A stretch of 55,035 nt of DNA, filler included, from Jimgerdemannia flammicorona (GCA_003990765.1; 2 parts of 2 records of this genome joined end to end with filler, not necessarily neighbours in it), one strand, 5' to 3'; counted from the whole stretch's first letter, positions 24,990 through 37,717 are shown. A program made the numbers and translations. Notes: generated by a model not told the origin, from the sequence alone.

Positions 24990-27496
24990 TTTGGTGGTGA
25001 GCTACACGGCACTATTGAACATATATTCGATGTATTTTGAGATGCCTGCATCACAAGGAAATGGGAGTGCATTATGGAGCGTCAAACCCAGCACCGTATG
25101 GCCCATATACGTCAGCGCTGCAGGTTGATGTATATACATTGTTTGCGTGGGCAGTTCATATAATATAAAACACAAACACTTCGCCAGTTCGTCTTTTCTC
25201 TCCTCTTCAACCGGATGTCTAGGAAATTCGCCACTGTGGTTACATCGCGCTTGGAGAATCTTGCACGACGCACGCGTCATTCCCACCAAAATACCTTAAG
25301 GCACGAAATATTTTACAGCGGCCCTGTTCCAGATATAAGTACGTAACTAAAGCACTCAAATGAGCAAATATGATAATAGACTTTTTCAACGACATTAATA
25401 TCTCGTTTCATGCAACGTGAAACTTGCTTGTGTCAAAGGGGATAGAACTATCAAATTGGTTTGATCTTGATATAAAGATGCGTGTCGCATTCCTCGTGAA
25501 AATCGAGATCTCGACATATAATTAGATTTCAAATGAAGCGATAAGTTGCAACCCGGCAAGCAAATCCAGTAATTGGATAAATAAAGATAGTAGAAATGTA
25601 GCAACAACGCGAGGACCAAGTTGACTATATATAACAATGTAGTGGTTGGATGAAATCTCCACTGACATTATCCAGCTTATGCTTTAGGTTACAGTCCGCC
25701 TACGAAATCGCCTCTTTAACAACGAAACCGGACCAAATGTCAAAGTCAACACCGGACCATAGTTGTTCAAATCGGAATCGGAATCCTCACAAGGCGCGCG
25801 AGTATCAACAATGCGGGAGATGTGAGGACGAATCGAAATCTGTTAGTAGATAGATTTTGAATAAGTAGAGTAATTCATCTCACTTCTCGAGATCGTAAAG
25901 TGATTATGCGCTGCCGATCATATATTTTCTCCATGGAAAAAGATGCAAAAGTGGCTGATTGTGTTGACGTAGATTTTCAGCTCGCGCTAAATGTATCATT
26001 TAGTCGATCATGTGATCCAATATCTGGAGCATAGCGGTGAACACGGTGTTTATCCAGTGTGATTGTGGAGTAAAAAGTTATAGTTGTGTGATTCTTGCAC
26101 GGGTCATCCTTAACCGAAAGCTCAGAAAAGCGGACGCCGCGTTCAGGCGACATTGTCTTTCCCTGGTCAATGAAACAGAGTTCATTTTCGGTGCGGACGA
26201 TTGAAATGTGTAGCGTATCTGCAACGCCACAGAGTAGCCAAAAGCGAAGCTTACGCCATAGAGCACATGCAAAGCGAGACACTGAAACCATAGGATAATG
26301 AAATCCTTTCGGAACGAACATTCGCTAGTCGATATTCGGAATGATAGACAAGATCTATCATACCACGAGAACGCCCTCCAGTATGGTGCGTCTCACGTGA
26401 CAAACAGACATGCGTCAAGTTCGAGACTCAAAGTCGAGGCCCAATTCGAAATCTCTGTTTTGGTTTAAACCAGTTTACTATATGCTACCGCGGAGTCCAA
26501 GGTGTGCAAGTACTGGGGCGGTCAAGGCATCTAGGGATTATGGGAACGAGCGTAAAAGAAAGTAGAGTTTGGCATAGATCCCTTGTCTTAAATGATACGA
26601 CGGATTATATTATATACTAGCAGCGAAAAAAAAAAAAAAAAAAAAAAAACGGCATTTGTCAACCTACCTATTCTATTTTGCGACGAAACCTTCTAGGTCT
26701 TCCACAACCAAGTGATCGGTAAGTACTATTATTATGCAGCTATGTGCGAACATATTTAAGTGAGCCAACATGTTTAGGCTGGGAATCAAGACCGTGTTTA
26801 CTTGAACTCGATGTATCAGAGCTTCCCAGTTTATCCTGGCTACATCAAGTTTCTACTTCTCGTTGGTTCAACACTAGAGGTCCCGTTCATGTACACATCG
26901 TCACGGTGGACAAGAAGATGCATGCCATGCGGTGCAAAAGCCCCTGCGAAAGAGCATGGCGCTCAAAGTGTGCGAGTTCCTCAGGGGATCAATCCATCCA
27001 AGTTGGCGGCAAGACGCGATGAAATTTCGCAGTGTGCATGTTTGTTATGCGAGACTTCCAACTCTTTTGGAATTCAGGGTCTGGTTGAAGGACTTGCCCG
27101 AGTATACGTATTTCCAAGGTTGACCGTGGATCAATAAACAGCCATGACATGGTCTTGTTTGATCATGTATAAATGTAGCCACCTGTAAATATTACGTATT
27201 CGCCTGCTGTACCCAAGAAAGCCGTCTCCGCAGCGGTATTTTCTGCGAGCGTCGAACATTGGATAAATTATGACAGGTCACCGCTGTCTGGCGTGTTTGT
27301 TGTTGCACACAATTACTGCGTGAGGCGGTACATTGGCGGGGCAGTGTGATCGAATTTGACAAATGCACGAGGACCTGGAACAGTCAATGGTCAATTGCGG
27401 GTGATGGGGCTTCGCTTCCATTTGCGAGAGAGAGGCAGCGGGCGTAAAGGGTACTAGCAACGGAGTTCTCAGATTGACCGGTTTGACACCAGGGGA

Positions 27497-27596
27497 NNNN
27501 NNNNNNNNNNNNNNNNNNNNNNNNNNNNNNNNNNNNNNNNTTAATTAATTAANNNNNNNNNNNNNNNNNNNNNNNNNNNNNNNNNNNNNNNNNNNN
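27497..27596. other. Scaffold gap with an artificial TTAATTAATTAA spacer
   Basis: N runs flank a 12-mer that gives stops in all six frames. Confidence 0.95.
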
Positions 27597-27684
27597 TTCT
27601 GAGTCTTGATAGAATTGAAGGAATTTAACTAGGGGGCTATTCTTTTAGTAGCCATCTCTAATGATCTAAGTAGTATATCACAAC

Positions 27685-27995
27685 CTGAGCCAACCTGTGT
27701 ACATATTTAACCTGATCTGGAATTATACATCACCTGTCTTTAACCTGACCTGGAAATATATGTCACCCATCTTTAACCTGACTCAGAATTATACATTCCC
27801 CATCTTTAACTCAACCTGGAATTAAACATCACCCATCTTTAACCTAAGCTGGAAACATATGTCACCCATCTTTAACTTAACCCAGAATTATATATAACCT
27901 GTCTTTAACCCAACCCAAGAAATATATATGACCCAACCTGAGAAATATACATGACCCAACCCTGACTCATATTTAACCCAATGCAGACCTGTCTT
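27685..27995. repeat. Array of ~33-bp repeats (TTTAACCTGACCTGGAA...CACCCATC), resembling subterminal repeats
   Basis: About 7 degenerate units. AACCTGACC is compatible with CpG-decayed AACCCGACC. Confidence 0.75.
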
Positions 27996-28163
27996 TAATC
28001 TGCCTTTAAGCTACAAGGTACTAAAAAATATATATTATACATATAAGATATATATTTAGAATAAACAAATAGAAACATAATTAGGAATTAGAAATCAAAA
28101 TGAAATCAGAAATAAATAAGAAGTAAATCAGGAAAATAAAGAACTTACTGGTGTAAACAGATC

Positions 28164-29512
28164 TTACTCTTCATTGCTATAAACCAACTGATCCTCCTTC
28201 TCTTCATCACTATAAACCAACTGATTCTCCTCCTTCTCATATTCTGAACCATCTTCCTCTATATATTCTGAACTGCTTTCCTCTATATCCTCCTCCTCTA
28301 TATCCTTCTCTGTGCTGACCTCCTTCACACTAACCTCCATTTCATCCTCTGCACTGATCTCTCCATATTCCTCTATGCTGACCTCCCCTGTGCTGACCTC
28401 TCTGTATTCCTCTGTACCAACCTCTCCATATTCCTCCACACTGACCTCCCCCACACCAACCTCTCCATGTTCCTCTAGACTGACTTCTCCCATACTGACC
28501 TCCCCTATGCCAATCTCTCTATATTCCTCTATGCTGACCTCTCTCATGCTGACCTCCCCCACACTGACCTCTCCTACACTGACCTCTCCACTGACCTCTC
28601 TACTGGTGCCAATCTCTCTGCTGGCATCAACCTCTCCCACCTCTCCATCTCCTCTACTACTACCCCCCTCAACAAAATGTACAAGCCTACCATCTATCAG
28701 TTACATATAAAGCATTTTGTCATTCTTCACTGGTACTTATTCAAATATGGCTAGTAGTTTTTCATATTTATCCATGACAACAATTCCATCTAGATAACCT
28801 CACTTGTTCTATGCTTTGGCATTCATCTTGAAGCCAGGGTAGTATGATGAATGTTCCACAATTTTCACACAGTTTTCTATTGCTCTTATGACTTCTTACC
28901 TCAGTTAGTCATCATATACTTTCTTAATGTGTTTATTGGCTACAGCAAAAGTACACCTAATGTCTAATTTATAAGGCCTTTTCTCTGTGAGGTTTGGGGC
29001 ATCCAGGAAATTGGTTTGGCAATGCTTCCAGATGGTACTTGGGCAAACTTGATGGCAAAAATAGCAATTGTAGTAAGATTTGCACTCTGGCCCAGACTTA
29101 GAAGCTGGAGGATATGTATATTTTGAATGTTATTAGGAAAAAAATTTAGACATTAATTTAAAAAGAAAAAAAAAAAAAAACTAACTTTTCAAGCTGCATT
29201 ATTGGAATCTGGTGGAGGACCTTGTGCTTGCAGACTGACAGTGAGCTGGCAGTCAAGCTAAAGATTAGGGAGCTGAGGGTCAGTGAGCTGAGAGTCAGCA
29301 AGCTTGGCAACCTGGGTGTCAGCAAGCTCAGTAGGCTGGGTATCAGCAAGCTTGGCAGGCTGGGTGTCAGCAAGCTTGGCAGACTGAGTGTTGGCAAGCT
29401 GAGCATCTTTAGAGTGCTGAGCTTTGGGACAGTGAGCTGAAGTGCATTGAGCTTGGGGGGGGCTAAGTAAATACTTATTGGCTGGGTGGTCATATTCACA
29501 TTTTTTCAACAT
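28164..29512 (-). pseudogene. Decayed uncharacterised gene (8-aa repeats, Cys-containing middle region, acidic repeat C-terminus)
   Basis: Exon with KLADTQPA repeats, a probable intron ~29108-29185, then ECKSYYNCYFCHQVC continuing into EVS-repeat acidic sequence. Confidence 0.45.
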
Positions 29513-29827
29513 AATGGTAAATTAAGTAAGGTAAAGTAAAGGATGAGGTGAAGTGAAGGATGAGGCAAAAAGAATGAGAGGTGAAAGTAAGCTTTCAATA
29601 TCTTAAATGTTCAAAAGCTATAACATCTTTCAGAAGCTCTTTCAGAATCTCACCAAAATCTCTTTCAGAAGCTCTTTTAGAATCTCTTCAAAATCTCTTT
29701 CAGAATCTCTTCGAAATCTCTTTCGAAACCCATTTCTAAATTGCATATTATTTGCAATCTGAGGAATAAGAGTGAGGGAGGTGGAGGAATATGTGAGGGT
29801 TGTGCAAGAGAAGTGGAATTCAAGAGA

Positions 29828-30021
29828 AGTGGAATGTAGTAAGGAAAGCTCCAGATATAAGTATAAGCATAAGCATAAGTGCAAGCTTTGCTCCACTCAG
29901 CTTATAGCTGATATTATGTAATATTAGCTTATTATCAGCTTATCAGACTGAGTGGAGCAAAGCTTATACTTATACTTATGCTTACACTTACAATCTGGAG
30001 CTTTTCTTACTATATTCCACT
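29828..30021. repeat. Long inverted repeat (hairpin 1)
   Basis: Arms AGTGGAATGTAGTAAGGAAAGCTCCAGAT...AAGCTTTGCTCCACTCAG versus CTGAGTGGAGCAAAGCTT...ATCTGGAGCTTTTCTTACTATATTCCACT. Confidence 0.85.
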
Positions 30022-30184
30022 CCTCTCTATGTGATTCAGTGGGTTCTGCATAAGCTCTGATTGAGCAAGGTTTGCAATGATATTTGAGCAAAGTTTGTAG
30101 TATATTTGAGCAAGATTTGTAGCAAGATTTGCAGCAAGGGTTGAGTGAGATTTACAAGTAAGATTAAAGTGAGATTTGCATAAG

Positions 30185-30950
30185 TATAATAGAATGAATG
30201 AGCAAACAGATGAGATGCAACAAATGATCACATGACCCAGTGATGACATCATCATACAATTGAGCATGACATACAAATGAATGATGTGAAATGATGTGAA
30301 AAATGATATCTAGCTTATCTCTGACAATTGGTGCCACAGCAACTATTATCACAGCAGCTGATCATTGCCTAGTAATTGAGGTCCTGATCACAAAGTTGTT
30401 TTTACCAAAAACCACCTAACAAAGGTTATGATCACAAACCTCACTATAGTTACCAAATTAGTCACTCATACATAGTCAGAAATCACAGACCAACTTGTAT
30501 AAATACCCCCTAGTTTCCATTTGAAATAAAGCAGTTTTAGTTCAGTCCTTGATACAAAAATCAAGTCCCCCCACACACACACATTCTTCTGAGTTTAAGT
30601 AATGACATCTAAGTGACTCTAGTGTTTCTGACTAAACTCTAGAAGCCTAGCTAACTTCTGCCAGAACTGAGACCAGTATATAAATCTCCAAAGACTTAAG
30701 TAAACCTATTGAACCTAAATTCCAAGGCGAATTCAGTCTGTGTACAGCAAAGAACAAGACCCTTGAAAGATAGGGCAAATCAGAAAAAGTCCTTTGAAAT
30801 AAAAGGCACTGCTACTACAACTACTTATAAGTAAGTGCTTCCTCAAACTGAAGGCTTCTTGGTATATATTGTGTACTAAGTCCCTAAGTAATAGTCTTAC
30901 TTCTCTAATATCCAAAGGATAAGAGAGGGGTAGAAGTGAGAGTCATTACA
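30185..30950 (+). repeat. 5' LTR of Gypsy B
   Basis: Direct repeat of 45098-45853. TATAAATA at 30498, AATAAA at ~30525, ends TTACA. Confidence 0.93.
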
Positions 30951-30953
30951 ACT

Positions 30954-30965
30954 TGGTAGCAGTGG
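30954..30965 (+). promoter_or_regulatory. Primer-binding site, probably initiator tRNA-Met
   Basis: TGGTAGCAGTGG 3 nt after the LTR, complementary to a ...CUGCUACCA tRNA end. Confidence 0.75.
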
Positions 30966-31189
30966 ATTACTGAGCCAAGAAGGCACTAAGAACATACTCC
31001 TGAAGTTGGAACAAGACCAACCTTGGACAGGAGTAACCCCCAGAACTAACAGTAGATTCCCTAGGATCAAACCCCCAAACCAGAGCCAGAGAAGCCCTTG
31101 CCTAGTGCTCTGAATGAGTCAATTTAAATCAAATCTGGATTCAATTCATCACATGATGGTTTGATTCAAATCTCAAATCCAAAGCCATC

Positions 31190-31440
31190 CGAATCAACTC
31201 AGATTAATCTGAATCACCCCATCTGAATCACCCCATCCAAATCACCTATCTAAACTACCCCAATCTGAATTACTCAATCTGAATCACTCAATCTGAATCA
31301 CTCAATTCAAATCACTCAATCCAAATTACTCAATCTGAATCCTCCAATTCGATTCCTCCAATTCAAATCCTCCAATTTGAATCCTTTAATCTGAATCCTT
31401 ATCTGAATCCTTCAACTGAATCCTCTAATCCAAATCCTCC
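31190..31440. repeat. hAT left subterminal repeats (AATCTGAATCACTC units)
   Basis: Tandem ~13-14-bp units; related GATC/GATT motifs occur at 37540-37680. Confidence 0.85.
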
Positions 31441-31442
31441 AC

Positions 31443-34146
31443 ATGACTCATATGCTGGACATGTCTACAACACAATACATACACATGCATACACAATACA
31501 CATACATGCATACACATGTATATGCAAACATGCAAACACACATGTTGACAGATCAGTCTTCAACAGTTCACAGTACTGATGATACTTCAAGTCAAACATC
31601 CCTAATAGTTCCACACCTTCTACACAATCCTTGCTCTGAAATCTGGCAACATTGTGCTAAGATAGGAGATGATGTTGTTTGTAATTATTGCAGGTAAAAA
31701 ATTAAGATGCACCTATTGACACTTTTTGTTTGTTTTGACATACATATGATATTGTTTCATCTACCCCTATAAACTGCACCAGCCAGAAGTTCAAAATCCT
31801 TAGGGGTATGACTTCGAACATAAATCGACATATAAAAGACAAGTACTCTGACAAAATCAAAAAGAATACAGAGACAAATAAAATTGACATCCAAGCTGTA
31901 GTGGGTACGTTTATCTGATTGCCCAACCATTTCTATACCAACAATGCCATTTAATCAAAAATATTTAGCCATACTCTTGACAGAATTTCGAAATCAGCTC
32001 ATTCGCTGGATTGTGTGCACAGACCAGCCATTCACAACTATCAAGAGTGATCAATTGCATAGCATCTTTGGCCTCCTCAAGCATGATTTATATTTGCCAA
32101 GTGCTGATACTATTCACAAAGATGTCCTGGAGGCCTATAGGAAGGAGCACAACAATCTCTGCCAGATACTTCAGGTAAAATAAGGGCAGCACCATGACCT
32201 TTGCAAGCTGAATTATATAAAGAGCTCACCAATTTAACCTCACATTCAATAAGCAGAATTTGGCAGGCAAAATTTTATTTACAATCAACACATGGACATC
32301 CCCCAATGTAATTTCATTTCTGGGTATTACTGGTCATTAGATTGACCTCAATTGGCAGCTTAAATCTCTCACCCTTGACTTTGTCAAAATTGCTGGCCCT
32401 CATTCTGGAGACAACATTGCAGATACTTTTATTAGTTGTATCTGGGAGCTTGGAATCACAACCAAGGTAAAAAAGGGTGGCTTGCCATCAGGTTGGCATT
32501 TTGAGGGAGATCCTAAAACAAACCAGATTTTATTGGTTATTTATTTTTGCATAAATTCACTGACTGAATATTTCAAGTACAGATTTTGGCCATTATGACA
32601 GACAATGTCACAAACAACTCAACATTTTTCAAAGTTTTAATAGCCAGCCTCAAACAGGAAAATGTGGCCTTCAGTGTAGAAAGCTGCCATGTGCGATGCC
32701 AGGCCCATGTACTGAACCTTGCTATTCAGGACTATCTTATACATGTAGATAAAACATCCGAGAGAGGAGGGACCCTGAGTATAATTTTCAAGCTATGCAA
32801 CCTGGTTGTGTCAGTCCGATCATCCCCACAATGATGAGACAAATTTGCTGTGCAATGTAGGGCAATCAGTTTAGCCCCAAAAGAACTTATATTAGACATC
32901 TGTATGCATTGGAACTCAACATTTGCAATGATCCAGCACATGCTGGAGTTTGCTGTGGTATGCATCCTTTTTTTCTTTGGTTGGCTGAAGTAACTTGTTT
33001 TGGATGATTGAAGATTTATTTTAAAAAAAAAAAACAAAAAAAGCCAATAGATTCAACAGTGGCTGCCAACAAGAAAATACAGGCTGAGGCTCTAGGTGAA
33101 AGTAAGTGGGACATACTTAGGAATATTATCAGAGTTTTGGAAGTAAGTAGTGATTGCTCTGGCTCCACACTCATTTTGTCAGCCTCCACACTCGTTTTGT
33201 CTGCCTCCACACAATGCAACACCTCACCACATATAACTGCCAGTGTTTTGATGATTGTACAAAGGATATAGTCAAACAAATGACCCCAACAATAAGCTTG
33301 GCAATACCAGTATACAATCTTCTGATTGACCAGCTAGAGGCCAAGCTCGAGGACAGACTAGAGGGTTGCAGTGATTTACAGTTGAGCCCAGATCAGAGAG
33401 ATGCCATGGAGGTTGTTCTTAGTAAGCTCAGAAAGTACTACTCCCAAACAGATACTGCCATATACTCAATCAGTACAGGTATGTCGATGTCAGTGTATGG
33501 CCATTGTCCCTTCCAAAACAGAGAAACCCCTACAAAAACTCACTCTCTCCTCTTCTTCAAACAGTGCTGGACCATGCTTAAAGCTACAATACCATAAAGA
33601 TCAGGGCTGGGAGCAGCACTTCATTAAGAGAACCAAGTAGGCTGTAATCAAAGTATACTGGAAAAACTATGTGCCACTGCAAGATTCCAGCCAAAGTCTG
33701 GATGAATATGCCGAGAGATCTCTTCTGTCCCATATTTACTTCAGCAGAAAGAGGAAGAGAGAGCTGTCAGTGGAAGAGCTGCTATCAATAGACAAACTTA
33801 CCATTTACCTTGCCAGCAACCACATGATCCTACTGGAGGGCATGGAGGTGCTCAACTAGTGGAAGGTGAGTTGTCAGATGAGTGTTGTCAGGTGGGCATT
33901 GGGCCAATTTAATCCACCAATCTAACCACCACTCTACCCACCAAGGCATGCAGCTGCATCAAATGGACTTCTCCAGCCTATGTGGATATGGCTCAGAACT
34001 ACCTGGCGATTCCTGCCTCCAGTGCTCCTGTTGAGTGGGTGTTCTCAGGTGGGGTGGACCTCATTGCCCCAAAGAGGTGTGCGCTGAACACTGAGACAAT
34101 CTGGGCATGTATATGTCTGAAGTCTTAGTGGGGCTCAGGCTGCTAA
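31443..34146 (+). pseudogene. hAT transposase, multi-exon, with a BED finger
   Basis: IWQH...CNYC, DQPFTTI, TWTS, HSGDNIA, TDNVTNN, RCQAHVLNL, WNSTFAM and C-terminal YLAIPASSAPVE.VFS. GT-AG introns and several stops. Confidence 0.95.
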
Positions 34147-34284
34147 AATTTGGCAAGTCCTAGGGGTTCGCAGATAAGTTGGTTGGCCTTGTGAAATATT
34201 TAATATCTTTCAAAAATAATAAAAAAGGTAAAAAACCCTGAGGACTTGGCCTGGAGTTTGCGGCCCAAGTGGGCAGTAGTTGGT

Positions 34285-35335
34285 GGGGTTGGTGGTAGTA
34301 GTGGAGGGAGCACACAATATTTGTGGCCCTTCGCCAGCAGCAAGGGGCAGCCCCAAGCTGTCAGTGCCCAGGTTGGTGGGTGGGTCAGCAGAGGGAGCAT
34401 GCAAAATTTGCAGCCCTCCACCAGCAGTAAGGGGCAGCCCCAAGCCACAAGTGTCCCAGTCAGGGGGGTTGGTGGAGAGAGTACACAAAACTTGTGGCCC
34501 TCTACCAGCAGTGAGGGGCAGCCCCAAGCTATCAGTGCCCAGATCAGTGGGCAGGATCAGTAGGCAGAGTTGGTGGGTGTGGGGTCAGCAGAGGGAGCAT
34601 GCAAAATTTGTGGCCCTCTACCAGCAGCAAGGGGCAGCCCCAAGCCACAAGTATCCAGGATGGGCAGGGCAGGCAGAGGGAGTGCGCAAAATTTGCAGCC
34701 CTCTGCCAGCAGTGAGGGGCAGCCCCAAGCAGTCATTGCCCAGATCAGTGAGCAGGGTCAGTCGGCAGAGTTGATGGGCATGGAGTTGGTGAGAGAGCAT
34801 GCAAAATTTGTGGCCCTCTGCCAGCAGCAAGGGGCAGCCCCAAGCTGCAAGTATCCGGGATGGTTGGGCAGGTGGAGGGAGCATACAAAATTTGCAGCCC
34901 TCCACCAGCAGTATAGGGGCAGCCCCAAGCCACCAAGGAGTCCAGGGCGGAGGGTACTTCTGGCAGTCAGAGAGTGCTTCTGGTAGTCAGAGGGTGCTTC
35001 TGGCAGTTGGAGGGCATTTCTGGTGGTCAGAGGGTGCTTCTGGCAGTTGGAGGGCATTTCTGGCGGTCAGAGGGTGCTTCTGGCAGTCAAAGCCCACTAC
35101 CGGTTTGGGCCCTATTGCTGGTTCAGGTTCCATGGGCACCCTGGCCAGTAGCACCCTGCTTAATGGCTAAGCTAGTGCTACAGAAGAGGTACCCGGCCCA
35201 ACCCCCCACATAAGACTACCCAACCCGCACAAAATGACTGCCCAACCTGAACAAAATGACTGCCTAACCCTCATGAAAGACTGCCTATCCCTCATGAAAG
35301 ATTGCCTAACCCTCACAAAAACTGCTTCACCTATC
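34285..35335. repeat. Three adjacent tandem arrays inside the hAT element
   Basis: Units of ~85-120 bp (CCAGCAGCAAGGGGCAGCCCCAAGC) at 34285-34935, ~20-bp units (AGAGGGTGCTTCTGGCAGT) at 34950-35090, and ~22-bp units (AAAGACTGCCTAACCCTC) at 35210-35335. Confidence 0.9.
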
Positions 35336-35339
35336 AGTC

Positions 35340-37407
35340 CTAGGCCTTGATGAGCCTATCATCTATTGTGAGTGTGATAACTGTTGTGTCTGAGCTCTCC
35401 TCAAAGGCAACAGTACCATGGTGGTCATGTGGTTGAAAGAGGATGGCCGTGTTGGCTGTAAACGGGACCCCAAAACTATAGGTGAGGTCATACCAGACTC
35501 CTCCACTATCCTCCCAGGTTGGGCCCTTCCTTTCTGGAACATAAAACATTACCGGGGTGACATTGTTGTCTGTGTGTGTAGGCAGAGAAACATTGTACCT
35601 GACATATTCTGATGTGATATGAGTGTACAGTTGGGTGAACCCTTGGCCTAGGACCTCATACTGCCAGGCTGTGCTGGTGGATGCCTGCCCTTGGTCCAGC
35701 CCTGGGAGCCCCGGCTTGGAAATCTACCAAAACAGATGGCAACCAGTCAGTCCTTTTTGCATACAGGGGGGCAGAAACCCCCCAGACTGCAGAAACCCCC
35801 TGGGCCACAGAATCCCCCCAGGCTGCAGTACTTCAAAAAAGCAGAGCTCCTCACCTCATACTGCATGCTAAATTGCACCAAGAATGTACATACAGCCACA
35901 CTGAGATCACCACCAAGCTGGCCTGCCATATGCTCTACCAATCTGCTCAAAAAACCCCAGATCATAGCCACCATCTGCACAGGCCGTGTCATGCTTGTAT
36001 GCAGTTTGCTCTTTGATGGCACTTCTAAAGTTCCAGTAGGGGTATAGAATCTAATGTATCCCTGGAATTGTATCAAAAAGAGTATGTTGGCGAAGAGTGT
36101 GATTTATCTGGAGAGGAGAAAAAAAAAAAAGAGAGATGAGTGCAGGGGATTTCGGAACTCCGGAACCCACCATTTGCCAGTGTTGAAGTATACCCAATTC
36201 CCATCCAAACTCCCCCTCCTTGCTTTTTTCACCCCTTCTTTCCTGCCACCTGGTATTTGATGTAATTCTTGCAAATCTTATTGATGTGGCAGCAAAGCTC
36301 ATCACCATAGAGGTTCCTTACCACTATCGCAACCACCTCTCCATGTTCATTAATAAAGATATAGTTCTCTCCATCATTGGTTACTCCTGCTGGCCAATGG
36401 ACCTCTTGGTCGAGAACAATTGACTCTGATTCAAATATAAATCCCCAAGTCTTGATGATGATGCTGATACTGCTCATGCTGAATATCTTGCCCTCAAATT
36501 TCTCTATCTGATCAGATGCCAGATGTGGTTGAACTCAGGTAACTTTGAACTCTCCTTTCCAATAGAACTGAGCCCTGATCTGAGAGACTGAGATAAGTGT
36601 ATGGATGGGTTGCATGCAGATGGGTTGCATGCAGACAGGTTGTATGTGGGTGAGTTGTATGCAGGCAGGTTGCATATGGGTGTGGGTGTTTTTTAGGGGG
36701 AGACTACATAAAAAATGAAATTAAATAAAACATAGAGATGGGTATTTCAGAAAAAGAGCATGAGTGAGTGAGTGAGTGAGCTGTATGCTAATGAGTTGCA
36801 CACTGACAAGTTGCACAAGTTGCACAAGATTGCTCATGAAGGCTTGCTTCTGTTCCTTTTGAGACCTCCACCACATGATGCATTGACTCAACAGCTCAGC
36901 CACCAAAGGCATGCCCTGCAACATCCTCCAACCTTTCTTCATCTTGACCAGATGTTGCAAATAAAGTCAGCAGATCTTGCCATAGAGCTGTGGACCCTAA
37001 GAAGAGCACGAGGTAAATTGGGTCATGCTGGGGGAATTTAAACAAGTAAAAAGTAGCAGCAGAAAAGAGCAACCAACATCTACTACCAGCTGCTCCAAAA
37101 AGGCTGCCACATACATAGCTGTGAGGTCTGTGAATTCTGAGGTCTGAAGGGCTGCTGTGAGTTATTACCAGAATTCACCCTCATCTCTGTCATCACCATT
37201 ACCATCACCATTGCCATCACTACTGCCATCACCTCTTTGGATCTCGATGAGTAGTTTATATGCTGCTCATATGAGAAAGAATCTAATATTGTCAGCAGAG
37301 AGTGTGTTTCCACCTCAAATACTCCCTCTTTTGATGATCATTACAGGGTGAAAAATGAGTAGACTGGACCAACATATGAATTAAGGGCTGCTGTTTTGTT
37401 TGTTCAT
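35340..37407 (-). pseudogene. hAT cargo gene, putative TET/JBP-like 2OG-Fe(II) dioxygenase (5 exons, ~500 codons)
   Basis: Exons 37407-37087, 36996-36808, 36579-36178, 36061-35855 and 35723-35340 join in phase 0; intron 3 has a non-canonical GC donor. The last exon reads YNVSLPTHTDNN...SGGVWYDL...AILFQPHDHHGT. Confidence 0.62.
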
Positions 37408-37717
37408 GATGTGGCAGGAAAGAACAAAGAAAAAGAATAAAGAAAAGAGAGGGAACAAAGAAAAGGGTGATGTCACCAAAGTGTGGCAGGAAAAAAAAAA
37501 TGAGAGTGAAATAAACAAAAGAAAGGGTGATGTCACCAAAGATTTCAATCTGGATGGATCAATCCAGATGGATCAATCCAGATCAATCTGGATCAATCTG
37601 GATCAGATCACGAGACTAATCTAAGTTGATTTGAATCCATCACATGATGAACCTGAATCGAATCTCATCTAGATCAACTCCATTCATTCGGAGTACTACC
37701 CTTGCCATTAGGACCAG

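Larger units (their letters stand above)
31103..37698 (+). mobile_element. Complete hAT DNA transposon with a cargo gene
   Basis: 15-bp TIRs TAGTGCTCTGAATGA / TCATTCGGAGTACTA. 8-bp TSD CCCTTGCC (31095-31102, 37699-37706). Subterminal repeat arrays at both ends. Confidence 0.96.

Noticed and set aside
25395..27460. Short ORFs in the CpG-rich island (25977-26321 faintly resembles an Hsp70-like C-terminus)
   Set aside because: No convincing motif or gene model.
27541..27552. TTAATTAATTAA palindrome
   Set aside because: Sits inside an N run and is an assembly spacer, not biological sequence.
27685..27995. CRISPR-like periodicity here and at 34285-35335
   Set aside because: The units are contiguous degenerate repeats without unique spacers, there are no cas genes, and the context is eukaryotic.
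34200..35213. Overlapping ORFs on both strands
   Set aside because: They arise from GC-rich tandem repeats.
36808..36996. HMG-box-like appearance of cargo exon 2
   Set aside because: Only a WW...K..F pattern, which is insufficient for a domain call.
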